Origin: an uncultured Candidatus Poseidoniales archaeon | Lineage (GTDB): Archaea; Thermoplasmatota; Poseidoniia; Poseidoniales; Thalassarchaeaceae | Direction: 5' to 3' | Length of the DNA: 64,000 nt | Assembly: GCA_963934165.1 (NCBI GenBank) | Contig: CAWVXH010000004.1 | Coordinates: forward strand, 19,812-83,811 | In this document: positions 1 to 10,018 of the stretch, one piece after another | How the letters are laid out: each line of letters begins with the position of its first letter | Position numbering within the stretch: the first letter of the stretch is position 1 | The notes under the pieces: model-generated | The model's input: the letters and a program-made list of their open reading frames with translations, nothing else | Databases searched by the model: none | What the model was told of the DNA's origin: nothing | Translations under genes and position numbers: made by a program

Positions 1-1
1 T

Positions 2-208
2 CTTCGGCTTCTTCGGCAAAGTCGCCGCTTTGATGGGTCCTGCTATGTACACTTACCTAACTATCACATACGATAGCAGAGTTGGTGTTGCTAGTTTCTG
101 CGTCCTCATCATTATCGGAACCGTATTGATGCGAAGTGTCGATGTTGATGCTGGCCGCGCGGATGCACAAGCAGAAGATGCCCGCAACCGTGGTATCAAA
201 GTCGAATG
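2..208 (+). CDS. C-terminal fragment of a membrane transporter (MFS-like), truncated by the window edge
   Basis: Frame 2 is open from the window edge to TGA at 206-208. The product FGFFGKVAALMGPAMYTYLTITYDSRVGVASFCVLIIIGTVLMRSV... looks like the last TM helices of a transporter followed by a short charged tail. Confidence 0.35.
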
Positions 209-215
209 AGACCGG

Positions 216-998
216 TTATGTTTGGAAATATTTTTCCGACAATAACGCAAGTTCGATAAGAATCAAAATTGGACCACCGACAAGGAATAGCGAGAGCGGA
301 TCTGGCGGTGAGAGCATAGCGCCAAGAAAAAGTGCACTGAACCAAAACAGTCCTCTATTCTCAACAATCGTTTGATGCTCAATCAAGCCGGCACGCAGAA
401 GGAGTATGACAAGAATTGGAACTTGAAATCCGATTATTGATCCAAAAAATAACCCTGCGATAAATCCTATCCAGGATTGTAATTGCCAAGTATTTGACAA
501 TCCTGATGAGGCAGCATCCGCAGCCAAATAATCTAGTAACATCGGAATTAAAATTTCTTTCGCATACAGTGCCCCGAGTAATCCAAGAATGAAGATTGCG
601 ATTAATACCTTAATGAGTGGCTTAAATCGAGTAATTTTCACATCGCTGACATTTCTTCGCGCCTTAGCTAATATCGATCTTCCATTCCACCCTAAATCGC
701 AAATGATTGTAAAAAATACGAGAGAAAAACCAATCTGAGTCGCGATTCTCAGTTGCAATAGAACTATTTCCATCGGTTGCAAGATGATGACTTGAACTCC
801 ATCTGGAAGAAAACCATCTGCTTGTAATAACCAAGTTATTGCCTCGCCAGCCCCAGGGTAACCACCGATGAATCCGATAAAAAACATTAACAAAATCAAT
901 TTTGCCCTTGACTGAAAATGTCCGATTAAGCCAACGATGTCGGCTTGAGAAAAGAACTCGCCGCCATCATTGTCCACGAGTCTCGGAACACTTACCAT
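216..998 (-). CDS. tatC: Twin-arginine translocase subunit TatC
   Basis: 260-aa ORF with several hydrophobic segments and a TatC-like signature near the C-terminus (FLGAMLSPPDPLSLFLVGGP). Confidence 0.8.
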   Translation of the reverse strand: MVSVPRLVDNDGGEFFSQADIVGLIGHFQSRAKLILLMFFIGFIGGYPGAGEAITWLLQADGFLPDGVQVIILQPMEIVLLQLRIATQIGFSLVFFTIICDLGWNGRSILAKARRNVSDVKITRFKPLIKVLIAIFILGLLGALYAKEILIPMLLDYLAADAASSGLSNTWQLQSWIGFIAGLFFGSIIGFQVPILVILLLRAGLIEHQTIVENRGLFWFSALFLGAMLSPPDPLSLFLVGGPILILIELALLSEKYFQT

Positions 999-1032
999 TC
1001 CTCAATACATCGTAAGGGTAAATCTGTGAATA

Positions 1033-2148
1033 TTACCTTCTAAGGATTATCGAAAGAATGTCCTCATCTTTCAATAGGTGGTCTAAACCCACCCGTTGCC
1101 AATCGAATTTTGCACTAGGTCCCTTGACCCGAGCATAACGATATTTTCTAACAAAATCTCTGTGTAATTTCGCACAAACATCGCGTACAGTGGATGTATC
1201 TTTGACAATAAGAGGTTCAATCAAATCTGCTTCTTGACCTTGAGGTTTGAGATATATTGACATGAAGTGTAAATTTTCGAAAATGAAATTTTTCATGTCG
1301 TCTATTCCTTGCCCCGTTTTTGCGGATACTTCAAGAATTGGCCAATCGAGAGGTATCATATCTCTAATTTTTTGCAAATCTTCTTCGTTGGCTAAATCGA
1401 CTTTGTTAATGACGATTACAGCGTTGTTATAGATTCGATTACCAGCCAATGTGTCGACGATATGGTCATCGGTGACATTGGTACGCAATGTGACAGTTGC
1501 CGAAACGATGCCGAAGGTTCGTACGATTAATTGAATTTCTTCAGTTGTTAAATTGGTTTGCTCAACCGTGCTACGAACTACAATTCCTCCCCGGCTAGTT
1601 CTGGTGATGAAAACTTGAGGCTTGGGTTGGTTCAATCTTAACCCAGACTTCCATAATTCATGGTCGAGGATATCATAGTGGGACCCTTGGAATGGATCTA
1701 GAACGTAGAGAACCATGTCTGATCCACGTATGACATTGAGAATTTCTCGTCCTCTTCCTTTGCCGTCAGAAGCGCCTTTGATTAGTCCGGGCAAGTCTAG
1801 AATCTGAATTTTCGCACCGCGATGTTCCATTAATCCCGGTATGCATGTTAGTGTAGTAAAGGCGAAATCACCTGTTTCTGATTTCACATCGGTCAATTGA
1901 GAAATCAGGCTAGATTTTCCAACACTCGGAAACCCAACCAGTGCGACCGAAGCATCGCCAGATTTTTTGACCTCAAATCCATGACCTCCACCACTAGCTT
2001 TTGCGTGGGCGTTGGCTTTCTCCTTACGTTCGCGGAGAGCTGCAATTTTCGCCTTAATCTTACCCAGATGACCTTGTGTTGCTTTATTGGATTTTGTTTT
2101 GGTAATCTCTTCCTCAAGGACTTTGATTTGCTCCTCGATTGTTGCCAT
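1033..2148 (-). CDS. DRG/OBG-family GTP-binding protein with C-terminal TGS-like domain
   Basis: G1 GFPSVGKSSL, G3 DLPGL, G4 INKVD. Size (371 aa) and coiled N-terminus are typical of archaeal/eukaryotic DRG. Confidence 0.85.
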   Translation of the reverse strand: MATIEEQIKVLEEEITKTKSNKATQGHLGKIKAKIAALRERKEKANAHAKASGGGHGFEVKKSGDASVALVGFPSVGKSSLISQLTDVKSETGDFAFTTLTCIPGLMEHRGAKIQILDLPGLIKGASDGKGRGREILNVIRGSDMVLYVLDPFQGSHYDILDHELWKSGLRLNQPKPQVFITRTSRGGIVVRSTVEQTNLTTEEIQLIVRTFGIVSATVTLRTNVTDDHIVDTLAGNRIYNNAVIVINKVDLANEEDLQKIRDMIPLDWPILEVSAKTGQGIDDMKNFIFENLHFMSIYLKPQGQEADLIEPLIVKDTSTVRDVCAKLHRDFVRKYRYARVKGPSAKFDWQRVGLDHLLKDEDILSIILRR

Positions 2149-2272
2149 TCAAGTTCCACCCACATCGGTTGTTATTGATTGCAGCGCCGAGCCCCCAGTT
2201 CTTCAATCCGATGTAACTTCAGACACTGAACCGTGGGAAGCATTCTATCCAATACACTCTCTCGAACGAGAT

Positions 2273-2545
2273 ATGGATTGGATCAAGAATCCCGCATTAC
2301 TCCCACTATGGGAGGTGCTGAAGAAAATCGCGAAGGAATTGGAAGGTTCCAATGTCTCACTCTATCTGACTCCGCTTTACAGAAATCAGCACCTTGTTTT
2401 AACGATGCCACAACCAATGCTGAGACATAAAACTGGAAAGTGCACTTTGCGCTTCTTCTCTGAAGACGATACAGCCATCGAACATTTACCAAAATTATTA
2501 CAAGATTGCCTATATACTTGGGTTGATGCAGGGATAATCAGTTAG
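2273..2545 (+). CDS. Hypothetical small protein
   Basis: The first in-frame ATG of ORF 2087..2545 that does not overlap the divergent DRG gene. No recognisable motif. Confidence 0.3.
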   Translation: MDWIKNPALLPLWEVLKKIAKELEGSNVSLYLTPLYRNQHLVLTMPQPMLRHKTGKCTLRFFSEDDTAIEHLPKLLQDCLYTWVDAGIIS

Positions 2546-2589
2546 TTAATCGAGGTCGGTTTACTAGAGGTAGTCAAGGGGGAGCAGAC

Positions 2590-3273
2590 ATGGTGGATAT
2601 TTTGCTCTACTTGGTAGAAAGAAAATCGTATTTTCTCCTTTGTCACAAACCTCTTATGGAAATATTTGAAGGAATGAAAACACGAAGTTTGAGGGACATT
2701 CGCCCAATTATTGATGAAAATTTTCATCGGGAATTTGATGTCGATTTAGAGGGTGAAATTCTCGAATGGTTCGACTCAAATCTAGAAATAGTTCTAGATA
2801 TTTCTTTAGTTGATCAGGCGATGAATGTTGAGCGAAAATCCGAGTTGGCAATTTTATTTGCTAGATGGTGTTCATACAGTGAATGGCGTTGTTGGGATGC
2901 TAGATTATTTTTGTATGTCGAGCCAATAATCGGGCGAAAAATCGAAGATGTTGATGAATTTTTGGAATATTCAATTTGGTCTGAATTTGCTTTAGAATTG
3001 ATGAATTTAGTCTCCACCGAGTATTCCGAATCAGTAATTAGCGATTGGATGGGTCGAAGGGAAAAGTTAGGTGAGACGATGGAACCTTCTGAAGATCCGA
3101 GGATTTTACCAACTATGGCTGCACATCGTCTCGCCACAGAATCCTTACAAGAATTTTTGAAATCAGTCCAGAATGAGGGAAATTCTCTTTTGATAGGCCG
3201 AGAATTCTTGAATTCTCAGTTATGGAAATTCGACAAACTTTCTATGGCAGAACAGGTGGGGGTGAATCGTTGA
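2590..3273 (+). CDS. Hypothetical acidic protein
   Basis: 227-aa ORF with no recognised family. Its TGA stop overlaps a TTG candidate start of the downstream NMNAT gene (TTGA). Confidence 0.4.
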   Translation: MVDILLYLVERKSYFLLCHKPLMEIFEGMKTRSLRDIRPIIDENFHREFDVDLEGEILEWFDSNLEIVLDISLVDQAMNVERKSELAILFARWCSYSEWRCWDARLFLYVEPIIGRKIEDVDEFLEYSIWSEFALELMNLVSTEYSESVISDWMGRREKLGETMEPSEDPRILPTMAAHRLATESLQEFLKSVQNEGNSLLIGREFLNSQLWKFDKLSMAEQVGVNR

Positions 3274-3884
3274 CGGAGTTGCCATTAATCCCAGTGCCGC
3301 CAGCGCGAGAAAAGGAACCCGGAGTAGTAGTCTTAGGTCGATTTCAGCCATTTCACTGCGGACATGCACTTATGGTTGAGGCGGCTGAGAATTGGCGGCG
3401 CCAAAATTTACCTTCTAGCAAATTAATAATCGCGATTGGTTCTTCGAATCGATCTCAAAGTATGACAAATCCATGGTCATGGGAAGAGCGGGCAGAGATG
3501 ATTCAGATTTGGCTTAGTTCGGCGGGAATTGATTCAGCTGTTATTATTGCAATCCCCGATATCGATGACCCACCAAATTGGGTTGAACACGCATCGCAAT
3601 ATCATGGTAAGGCAGGAGTCTTTTTCACCAGTGACGTGGCTAGTGCGAATTTATATGAAACTGCTGGATGGCAAGTCGAATTGACTGCTTTAGAAGCAAG
3701 AGAACAATACGAAGGTTGGAGGGTTCGAGGTACTGCGATGATGATGTCAACGGTAACTGATCCTGATGCTATATTGATGGTTTTATCGCCATCGATACCG
3801 ATACCTGTTGTGAGACATTTAATCGAAATTGATGGTCTCAGGCGCCTTGCATTCTTGGGAGAGGGTGGGGAACCAGTTGGTTAA
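3270..3884 (+). CDS. nadM: Nicotinamide-nucleotide adenylyltransferase (archaeal NMNAT, cytidylyltransferase fold)
   Basis: VVVLGRFQPFHCGHALMV (the (H/T)xGH nucleotidyltransferase motif), IAIGSSNRSQS, and a C-terminal PVVRHLIEIDGLRRL region like archaeal NMNAT. The maximal ORF starts at ATG 3222. TTG 3270 gives a 4-nt overlap with the upstream stop. Confidence 0.7.
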   Translation: MTELPLIPVPPAREKEPGVVVLGRFQPFHCGHALMVEAAENWRRQNLPSSKLIIAIGSSNRSQSMTNPWSWEERAEMIQIWLSSAGIDSAVIIAIPDIDDPPNWVEHASQYHGKAGVFFTSDVASANLYETAGWQVELTALEAREQYEGWRVRGTAMMMSTVTDPDAILMVLSPSIPIPVVRHLIEIDGLRRLAFLGEGGEPVG

Positions 3885-3889
3885 TCTAA

Positions 3890-5164
3890 TCAACAATTTG
3901 TACAATGAACATCTTCGATATTTTCACCGTTTACAAAAGCGGTAAACCAATCTACGAACAGAACTCCTTCGACTTCTAGGGTATAGAACCTATCAGAACC
4001 CAATATCGTGTGATCTGGCCCTGGTGCGATAAATCCAGATACATCGATTCCTGCTTCCTCAATCTTTTGCTCGCTAGCAAATACTTGGCTTGAGTAAGTG
4101 ATCCTGATGTCATTTCCGAGTAATGCATTGAAGTATTTCATTGTGTCATCTTCGGTATTATCATATCTTCCAAACCTAATCAAATTATCATGGTTCCAAG
4201 ATTGAATAACCATATCCGCACTGTCAAAGAAATTGAAATCCTGAAATTCATCTAAGAAGTCACCCATCGTTTCATTCAAATTCCAATTGCTGACTATGTC
4301 GTAAGTCCCATTTGTGTACACACCGCCACTTCCATCGTTGAAAACAGTGATTTCGGCATCTGGGTAAGAATTTGATGCGAGGATACCATAGAATGGAGCA
4401 GGGAATGAACCAGCACTAGAGCCTGTTACGAAAATTTCACTCGCATCAGTGAAGTGTGAGGTCAAAAAATTGTACGCTGCCTGGGAGTTCTTGTGGCCAC
4501 TATGGTTAACTTCCGCATATGCATATTCAGTGACTGCATTACCTAAGTGGATATCACCTGTGCAATACGGGACGTATACCATTGACCAATCTGCGAAGGG
4601 ATTGGCAGGGTTTCTGAAGTTAGATATCCCACCTAAATCCGAGTTGAAGACTGAACCAACAGCAGGACCATCAGAAGAAATTGATGTTTTGAAAGTACCA
4701 CCTTGGTATTTGCAACCTTGGTCCTCAAAGCAAGCGCCACCACCTTCAAAATACAGTAAAACTTTGCTTGGATTAGCATCTCTAGACCAAAAGAACCACT
4801 CTGTCCCATCTGCACATTCACAATCCCCCCCGGGGAATTGCTGTACCCAATTGACGCCATATTCCGATTCCCATGGAATTAGGCAAGCCCCGTCATCATC
4901 AGTTGCGAGGGAGTCGAAATTTGTCGCTTCAGAATCCATGCATCCGAGAATTTCATCGACATCTCTAATCCCATCATTATCAGAATCCGCGTATTCACAA
5001 GAGTTGGATATCTCAACTGTCGCATCAGGATCATAATTTATCGCTTGATTATCCATACAACCGACGATGTCTTCTGTTTCGTCGATTTTTTCACCAGTGC
5101 ATCCAGCCAGCAGCATTGAAAATACCATTAAGACAGTTATAATATGGGTTGAAGTCGATGCCAT
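3890..5164 (-). CDS. Secreted lipoprotein, pectin-acetylesterase/Notum-like serine esterase
   Basis: Signal peptide plus lipobox (LLAGC), two Cys-bracketed GCMD..NY/F modules, then YFEGGGACFEDQGC and GSSAG (GxSxG nucleophile), as in the PAE family. Confidence 0.65.
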   Translation of the reverse strand: MASTSTHIITVLMVFSMLLAGCTGEKIDETEDIVGCMDNQAINYDPDATVEISNSCEYADSDNDGIRDVDEILGCMDSEATNFDSLATDDDGACLIPWESEYGVNWVQQFPGGDCECADGTEWFFWSRDANPSKVLLYFEGGGACFEDQGCKYQGGTFKTSISSDGPAVGSVFNSDLGGISNFRNPANPFADWSMVYVPYCTGDIHLGNAVTEYAYAEVNHSGHKNSQAAYNFLTSHFTDASEIFVTGSSAGSFPAPFYGILASNSYPDAEITVFNDGSGGVYTNGTYDIVSNWNLNETMGDFLDEFQDFNFFDSADMVIQSWNHDNLIRFGRYDNTEDDTMKYFNALLGNDIRITYSSQVFASEQKIEEAGIDVSGFIAPGPDHTILGSDRFYTLEVEGVLFVDWFTAFVNGENIEDVHCTNC

Positions 5165-5221
5165 TATTTAACTCGGGTATAGTTGAATTTATAAATTCCT
5201 GTTTTTATGTCTAAATATAAT

Positions 5222-5761
5222 TCAACTTTCAGAAACAATTACTTTGACTGGTCGAATAACTCTGTCTTGTAGAGTATATCCATCCTCTATTACTTCGATA
5301 ACTGTGCCTGGTTCGGTACCTTTTGGTGCCGGGATGGTGGCGATAGCTTCCATGGTCGAAGGATTGAATATCTCACCTTGGGCTTCAACCTTGACAACAC
5401 CTTCTGATTTTAATGCTGATTTTAGAAAATTTAGGGTCATTCTGACTCCTTCGTTTAATGATTCTGATTCGCCATTAGATGAATTAAGAGCTTTTTCTAG
5501 CCCATCGAGAACTGGGAGAATTTTTGTAGCAAGATTCACGCTTCGAAATTTGAGAATCTCAGATCTCTCACGTGCCCCCCGCTGCCGAACATTGGAAATT
5601 TCAGCAGCGCTATATTGTAATTCTTTTTCCAAATTTGCAATTTGTTCTTCGAGGGCTACGATAGGGTCGATAATTTCATTTTCTTCGAGATTAATGTCTT
5701 CATCCAGTTCTTCTGACTTAGGTTCGGGCTCTGAATGGGCCTCATCCCCGGTATCTGACAC
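5222..5761 (-). CDS. grpE: Nucleotide exchange factor GrpE
   Basis: Acidic N-terminus, long coiled coil (EEQIANLEKELQYSAAEISNVRQR) and a C-terminal beta domain (FNPSTMEAI...GYTLQDRVIRPVKV). Confidence 0.85.
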   Translation of the reverse strand: MSDTGDEAHSEPEPKSEELDEDINLEENEIIDPIVALEEQIANLEKELQYSAAEISNVRQRGARERSEILKFRSVNLATKILPVLDGLEKALNSSNGESESLNEGVRMTLNFLKSALKSEGVVKVEAQGEIFNPSTMEAIATIPAPKGTEPGTVIEVIEDGYTLQDRVIRPVKVIVSES

Positions 5762-5804
5762 GGTGTTTCGTCGAAAGCCTCATTCAAGAATCCGATGGTT
5801 GTTC

Positions 5805-7583
5805 TCATTCGGCGTAGAAGTATTCACCAGCTGATTTTTGTTCACGATCTTTGCGACTATTTTGTTTATTAATTCGGGGGCGGTGTGATTCATGATCTCG
5901 TCTGAAAGTTACATCTACTTCGCTGAGGAATTTATTCATTCCCTTTCGTAGAGATAGAGGGCCGACGGCATTGCCGTGTTTTCCACCTATGCCGTCGAAG
6001 ACAAGAAGAGAATCACTGACAATATCAATAAAATAAATATCGTGGTCGATTACCATCGCGGCTTTTTCATTACTTTCCATAGTTCTTCGAATCGCTTTAG
6101 CGGCTTCCATACGCGCATTAGCATCGAGATGAGCACTTGGTTCATCTAACAAGTAAAGATCTGCATCTCTACCTAGGCAAATCGCAATACTCACAGCTTG
6201 CAATTCCCCTCCAGATAGTTTCTTAGCTCTGTGTTCGAGTATTTTGTCAACCTGCAAGGGTCGAATCACTTGCGTTCGAAATTCTCCACTCGTCCACCTG
6301 GTGCCGATTTCAGCCATCAGCCATTCTTCGACTGTTCCATCGAAATCGGTAGCAACATGCTGTGGTTTGTAAGATACTTTAGCATCCATTGTACACCATC
6401 CTTGATCTGGCTCAAACTCACCTGCGATCATTTTCACCATCGTGGATTTTCCCGTTGCATTCGGTCCGACAACGCCAACAACCTCTGCACTCCTTACCAT
6501 ACCTTGTCCTGTTTTGAGATAGAACTCTCCAAGTGTTTTCTCCATATCTCCCCATTCAAGAATTGGTTGACCTATTCCTTCACCTCGGACTCTACCTCTT
6601 AAAAACTGGATTGGTTTATCTCTGATTCTGACGTTTTCTTCGACCAAAAACCCATCTAAATAAGCATTGATTGCTGTTCTTGTCGATCTGGCAGGCGTGA
6701 AAATTCCATAGGCGGCTCGTTCACCATAAACGATGTGAAGTAAATCACACATTACATCGAGAATAGCTAAGTCATGCTCGACAACAAGGATTCGTTTACC
6801 CTTTTGAGCTAATTCTTGGATGATGCGAACCATTCTCATTCTTTCATGGATATCGAGGTATGAGGATGGTTCGTCGAAGAAATATACATCTGCTTCTTTC
6901 AACATTGTCGCACATATGGCGACCCGTTGTAATTCTCCACCTGATAGTTGGCTGATTTTACGCTTGAGAATATGGTCGATACCTAATAACTCGGCATATT
7001 CTTGTAATTCCCCTCGGTCATCTACCTTTTCGAGTAATTCTCTAGCATTTCCATCGAATATTTTCGGTAATTTGTCGATATACTGAGGTTTCACAGCGAT
7101 TGTAACACCTTCTTCAGCTACCAACTGAAGGTAATCTCGTAATTCTCCGCGAGGAAATGATTCAATGATATCAACCCAATCAGCTGAATTAACTGTCCAG
7201 TCACCAAGATTGGGTTGAATCGTCCCGGATAGCAGGTTGATTGCAGTTGATTTTCCCATTCCATTTGGACCAAGAATCCCAACGACTTGTTCTTCACGAG
7301 GAGTTGGTAATCTGAATAAGCGGAAACCATTTTCTCCATATCGATGAGTCATTTCTCCTTCCAGTTCTTCAGGTAAATTTGTAATGATTAACGCATCGAA
7401 AGGGCATTTTGTGACACAAATCCCGCAACCTATGCAAAGTGGTTCAGAAATCAATGGTTTACCACTTGAATCATCTAGAATGATACACTCGATACCGTTA
7501 CGGACGGGTGGGCAAAATGCCCAACATTCATCATTACATTTCTTGGGTTGACAACGCTCTTCCAAAAGAACTGCAACCCTCAT
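5805..7583 (-). CDS. abce1: ABCE1 / RNase L inhibitor-type ribosome recycling ATPase
   Basis: N-terminal Fe-S domain (CQPKKCNDECWAFCP, CIGCGICVTKCP) and two ABC cassettes (GPNGMGKST, GPNATGKST, with LSGGELQ twice). Confidence 0.95.
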   Translation of the reverse strand: MRVAVLLEERCQPKKCNDECWAFCPPVRNGIECIILDDSSGKPLISEPLCIGCGICVTKCPFDALIITNLPEELEGEMTHRYGENGFRLFRLPTPREEQVVGILGPNGMGKSTAINLLSGTIQPNLGDWTVNSADWVDIIESFPRGELRDYLQLVAEEGVTIAVKPQYIDKLPKIFDGNARELLEKVDDRGELQEYAELLGIDHILKRKISQLSGGELQRVAICATMLKEADVYFFDEPSSYLDIHERMRMVRIIQELAQKGKRILVVEHDLAILDVMCDLLHIVYGERAAYGIFTPARSTRTAINAYLDGFLVEENVRIRDKPIQFLRGRVRGEGIGQPILEWGDMEKTLGEFYLKTGQGMVRSAEVVGVVGPNATGKSTMVKMIAGEFEPDQGWCTMDAKVSYKPQHVATDFDGTVEEWLMAEIGTRWTSGEFRTQVIRPLQVDKILEHRAKKLSGGELQAVSIAICLGRDADLYLLDEPSAHLDANARMEAAKAIRRTMESNEKAAMVIDHDIYFIDIVSDSLLVFDGIGGKHGNAVGPLSLRKGMNKFLSEVDVTFRRDHESHRPRINKQNSRKDREQKSAGEYFYAE

Positions 7584-7651
7584 ACCATCACCTCCATCGT
7601 CTCTGATTCAATATCTCTTCTATTCAATTTACCAATGCATATAGATTTCTA

Positions 7652-8935
7652 TCAGAGACCGAAAAATCGGTGTCGGATGTAAATATAGGCTGCTAAACCG
7701 ATTTTCTCGGTCTTTGACAATTGGGTTCGCTCACTGAAGACATCCCCCTTATTTTTGTTGATTTTATTCATTATTGATTGATAGAAAATGGTCATCGCAG
7801 CGGGCGAATACCTACTTGATTTGTCAAGTAGAGGGAATAATTTTATCGCTCGCTCGCGGTATTTCTCAGCGCGAGCGATATACTCAGAAACAAATGGTAT
7901 CCAACCTGGATGTTTGAGGATTTCTTTGCCACTACGCAAATCATCTTCGGAAATTCCGAAGCGGGCAAGATCTTCTATTGGCAAGTAAATGCGATTCCGC
8001 TCAAGATCCTCAGCAACGTCTCTAATAATATTGGTTAATTGCATATAAATCCCCCAAGATTCAGCAAATTCACGGGCTAGAGGGTCATCATAACCGTATA
8101 TTTCGATACATACAAGGCCGACGGTCGAGGCAACTTTGTAGCAATAGGTGTAGAGGTCTTCGAAGGTGTCGTAGCGATTTCTATGGAAGTCTTCTTCCAT
8201 CCCGCTAATCATATCATCGAGTAATTGCCGTGGGATGCCAAATGTATCGACCGTATCTTTCAAAGCAATGAAAATTGGGTCAGTAGAAGTAACTTCCCCA
8301 TAGGCAGTCGACAATTTTTTTCTGAAGTAAAATAATTGTGACATTTTGTCATTATAAGATGAGCGCTCCACAACTGGTGAACTATCTATTAATCTCTCAA
8401 TCTTAGTCCGATAATTGATGGATTCTGACTGTTCACTCGATCCACCTGGAAAATAATCGATATAATCTCCATCGGCGATGTCGTCTGCGCGTCGGCAGAA
8501 TGCGTAGTATGCCATTATAGAGCGTCGTTCTAGATCAGGAAGATACTTGAAGGAATGATAGAAGTTTCCTGCTTCTCTTCGGGTTAATTCTTCACAGAAA
8601 TCATAAGCAGCGTCAATCATATTTTCGGGCAAGTCATTTTCTGACCAAATCGCTGCATCAATATGTGAAAATGGATTGACTAACTCCCCTCGGGAACCAA
8701 TAACTCCCATGAAAACCGCTCCTTCACGAATTGTTTCTAGAGCGGTGATACTGATTGCATGAACAGCTTCTTTTGTTAGATTCACTGCCGATCGAACACG
8801 CTCGATTTGTATCGATTCAACATCGGTATCGATGAGACTAATCCTCTTGCCGAGATCATATTCGACCTCCGGTTCGGAATCACTCAACTGACGCTCAGAC
8901 ATACTATCACCAGTCGGAGCCCTCAATGTCAGCAT
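7652..8935 (-). CDS. Squalene/phytoene synthase family protein, HpnD/CrtB-like, with ~110-aa N-terminal extension
   Basis: NFYHSFKYLPDLERRSIMAYYAFCRRADDIAD (first Asp-rich motif), YCYKVASTVGLV, and NIIRDVAEDLERNRIYLP (second Asp-rich motif). Confidence 0.75.
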   Translation of the reverse strand: MLTLRAPTGDSMSERQLSDSEPEVEYDLGKRISLIDTDVESIQIERVRSAVNLTKEAVHAISITALETIREGAVFMGVIGSRGELVNPFSHIDAAIWSENDLPENMIDAAYDFCEELTRREAGNFYHSFKYLPDLERRSIMAYYAFCRRADDIADGDYIDYFPGGSSEQSESINYRTKIERLIDSSPVVERSSYNDKMSQLFYFRKKLSTAYGEVTSTDPIFIALKDTVDTFGIPRQLLDDMISGMEEDFHRNRYDTFEDLYTYCYKVASTVGLVCIEIYGYDDPLAREFAESWGIYMQLTNIIRDVAEDLERNRIYLPIEDLARFGISEDDLRSGKEILKHPGWIPFVSEYIARAEKYRERAIKLFPLLDKSSRYSPAAMTIFYQSIMNKINKNKGDVFSERTQLSKTEKIGLAAYIYIRHRFFGL

Positions 8936-8968
8936 TTGAATCTCACCCCCGTGCGCGCGATGATCGCT

Positions 8969-10018
8969 TCATTCCAGATTACACTTTTTGTTTCTATGTG
9001 CCGCCTTCCATGCGCGTTTAGCTCTGAATAACAACTTCAATTGTTTAAATTTAGACACAGTAGGGCGTTTTTTCCATGTATTATAATTCGATTTCCGAAT
9101 CGATTCTAACACGGCTTGACCACCCCAACTGAACATCATCAAGTCGACGGCTAATCTTGGATCACAATGTTGCCATAATTCTACACCTGCATCAAACCAT
9201 TCCTGGGCTCGATCTACTTCTTCTTTCATCAGTGCGCGCCATCGCTCATCGGCTACTCGTGCATGATAATCATCGTAAGTATATCCGTGTTTTATCATCG
9301 TTTCTTCGGGTAAATATATTCTGTCTTGATCCAAATCCCGGGCAATATCTTGCCAATGATTTGCTAATTGTAATGCGGTGCAGGTCCGGTCAGATAATTC
9401 TCTCAACTTCTCGTCATCATGACCATAAACGTAGAGGAATAAATGACCAACCGGGTCTGCTGAAAAGTAGCAATATTCTCGTAATTCGTCAAAATTTGCA
9501 AATCTAGTCTTTATTTGATCCATTTTGAAGGCTTGAATTAATTTCCAAAACGGCTCAAGAGGAATTTTGCACTCACGAGCGGTAATTTGAACAGCGATTA
9601 GAATCGGATGTTTTGGGCTACCGTTCCAGTCATCTCTAGCTGCTTCAGACAGGTCATGTTCCCATGTATCGAGTAATTTCCATCGTGTTTCATTATCGAA
9701 AGGTGCATCATCACCTAAATCATCACCATATCGAGAAAATGCGTAGATATTTTGTATATGCTGAACGTACTCTGGAGGGGTGAATTTGTTAACAACAACA
9801 AAATTTTCATAATGCGATTCAGTAATTTTTTTACAATATGCAAGTGCCGATTCCACGGACTGATGTGTTTCCCAGCCTGCTAATGAAACGACTTCTCCTT
9901 GCTCTACTAAATGTACTCCAAAATTGAATTTTTCGGCCACATTCACCACTCGGTCCAACCTTTTGAGCCACGGCGAGGTGGTTCGGGCCAATCTGGCCAA
10001 TTCATATCGTGATGCCAA
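8969..10018 (-). CDS. Squalene/phytoene synthase family protein, HpnC-like
   Basis: SHYENFVVVNKF (compare the HYENFPVAS signature I recall for HpnC), YAFSRYGDDLGD, and QLANHWQDIARDLDQDRIYLP. The maximal ORF overlaps the upstream gene by 76 nt. A GTG at 9946 overlaps the upstream TGA (GTGA) and is a plausible coupled start. Confidence 0.7.
   Translation of the reverse strand: MASRYELARLARTTSPWLKRLDRVVNVAEKFNFGVHLVEQGEVVSLAGWETHQSVESALAYCKKITESHYENFVVVNKFTPPEYVQHIQNIYAFSRYGDDLGDDAPFDNETRWKLLDTWEHDLSEAARDDWNGSPKHPILIAVQITARECKIPLEPFWKLIQAFKMDQIKTRFANFDELREYCYFSADPVGHLFLYVYGHDDEKLRELSDRTCTALQLANHWQDIARDLDQDRIYLPEETMIKHGYTYDDYHARVADERWRALMKEEVDRAQEWFDAGVELWQHCDPRLAVDLMMFSWGGQAVLESIRKSNYNTWKKRPTVSKFKQLKLLFRAKRAWKAAHRNKKCNLE

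Noticed and set aside
4449-5834. Long antisense ORFs 4449..5036 (+) and 5244..5834 (+)
   Set aside because: Both lie entirely opposite well-supported genes (the esterase and grpE). Ser/Pro-rich shadow translations are typical of the opposite frame.
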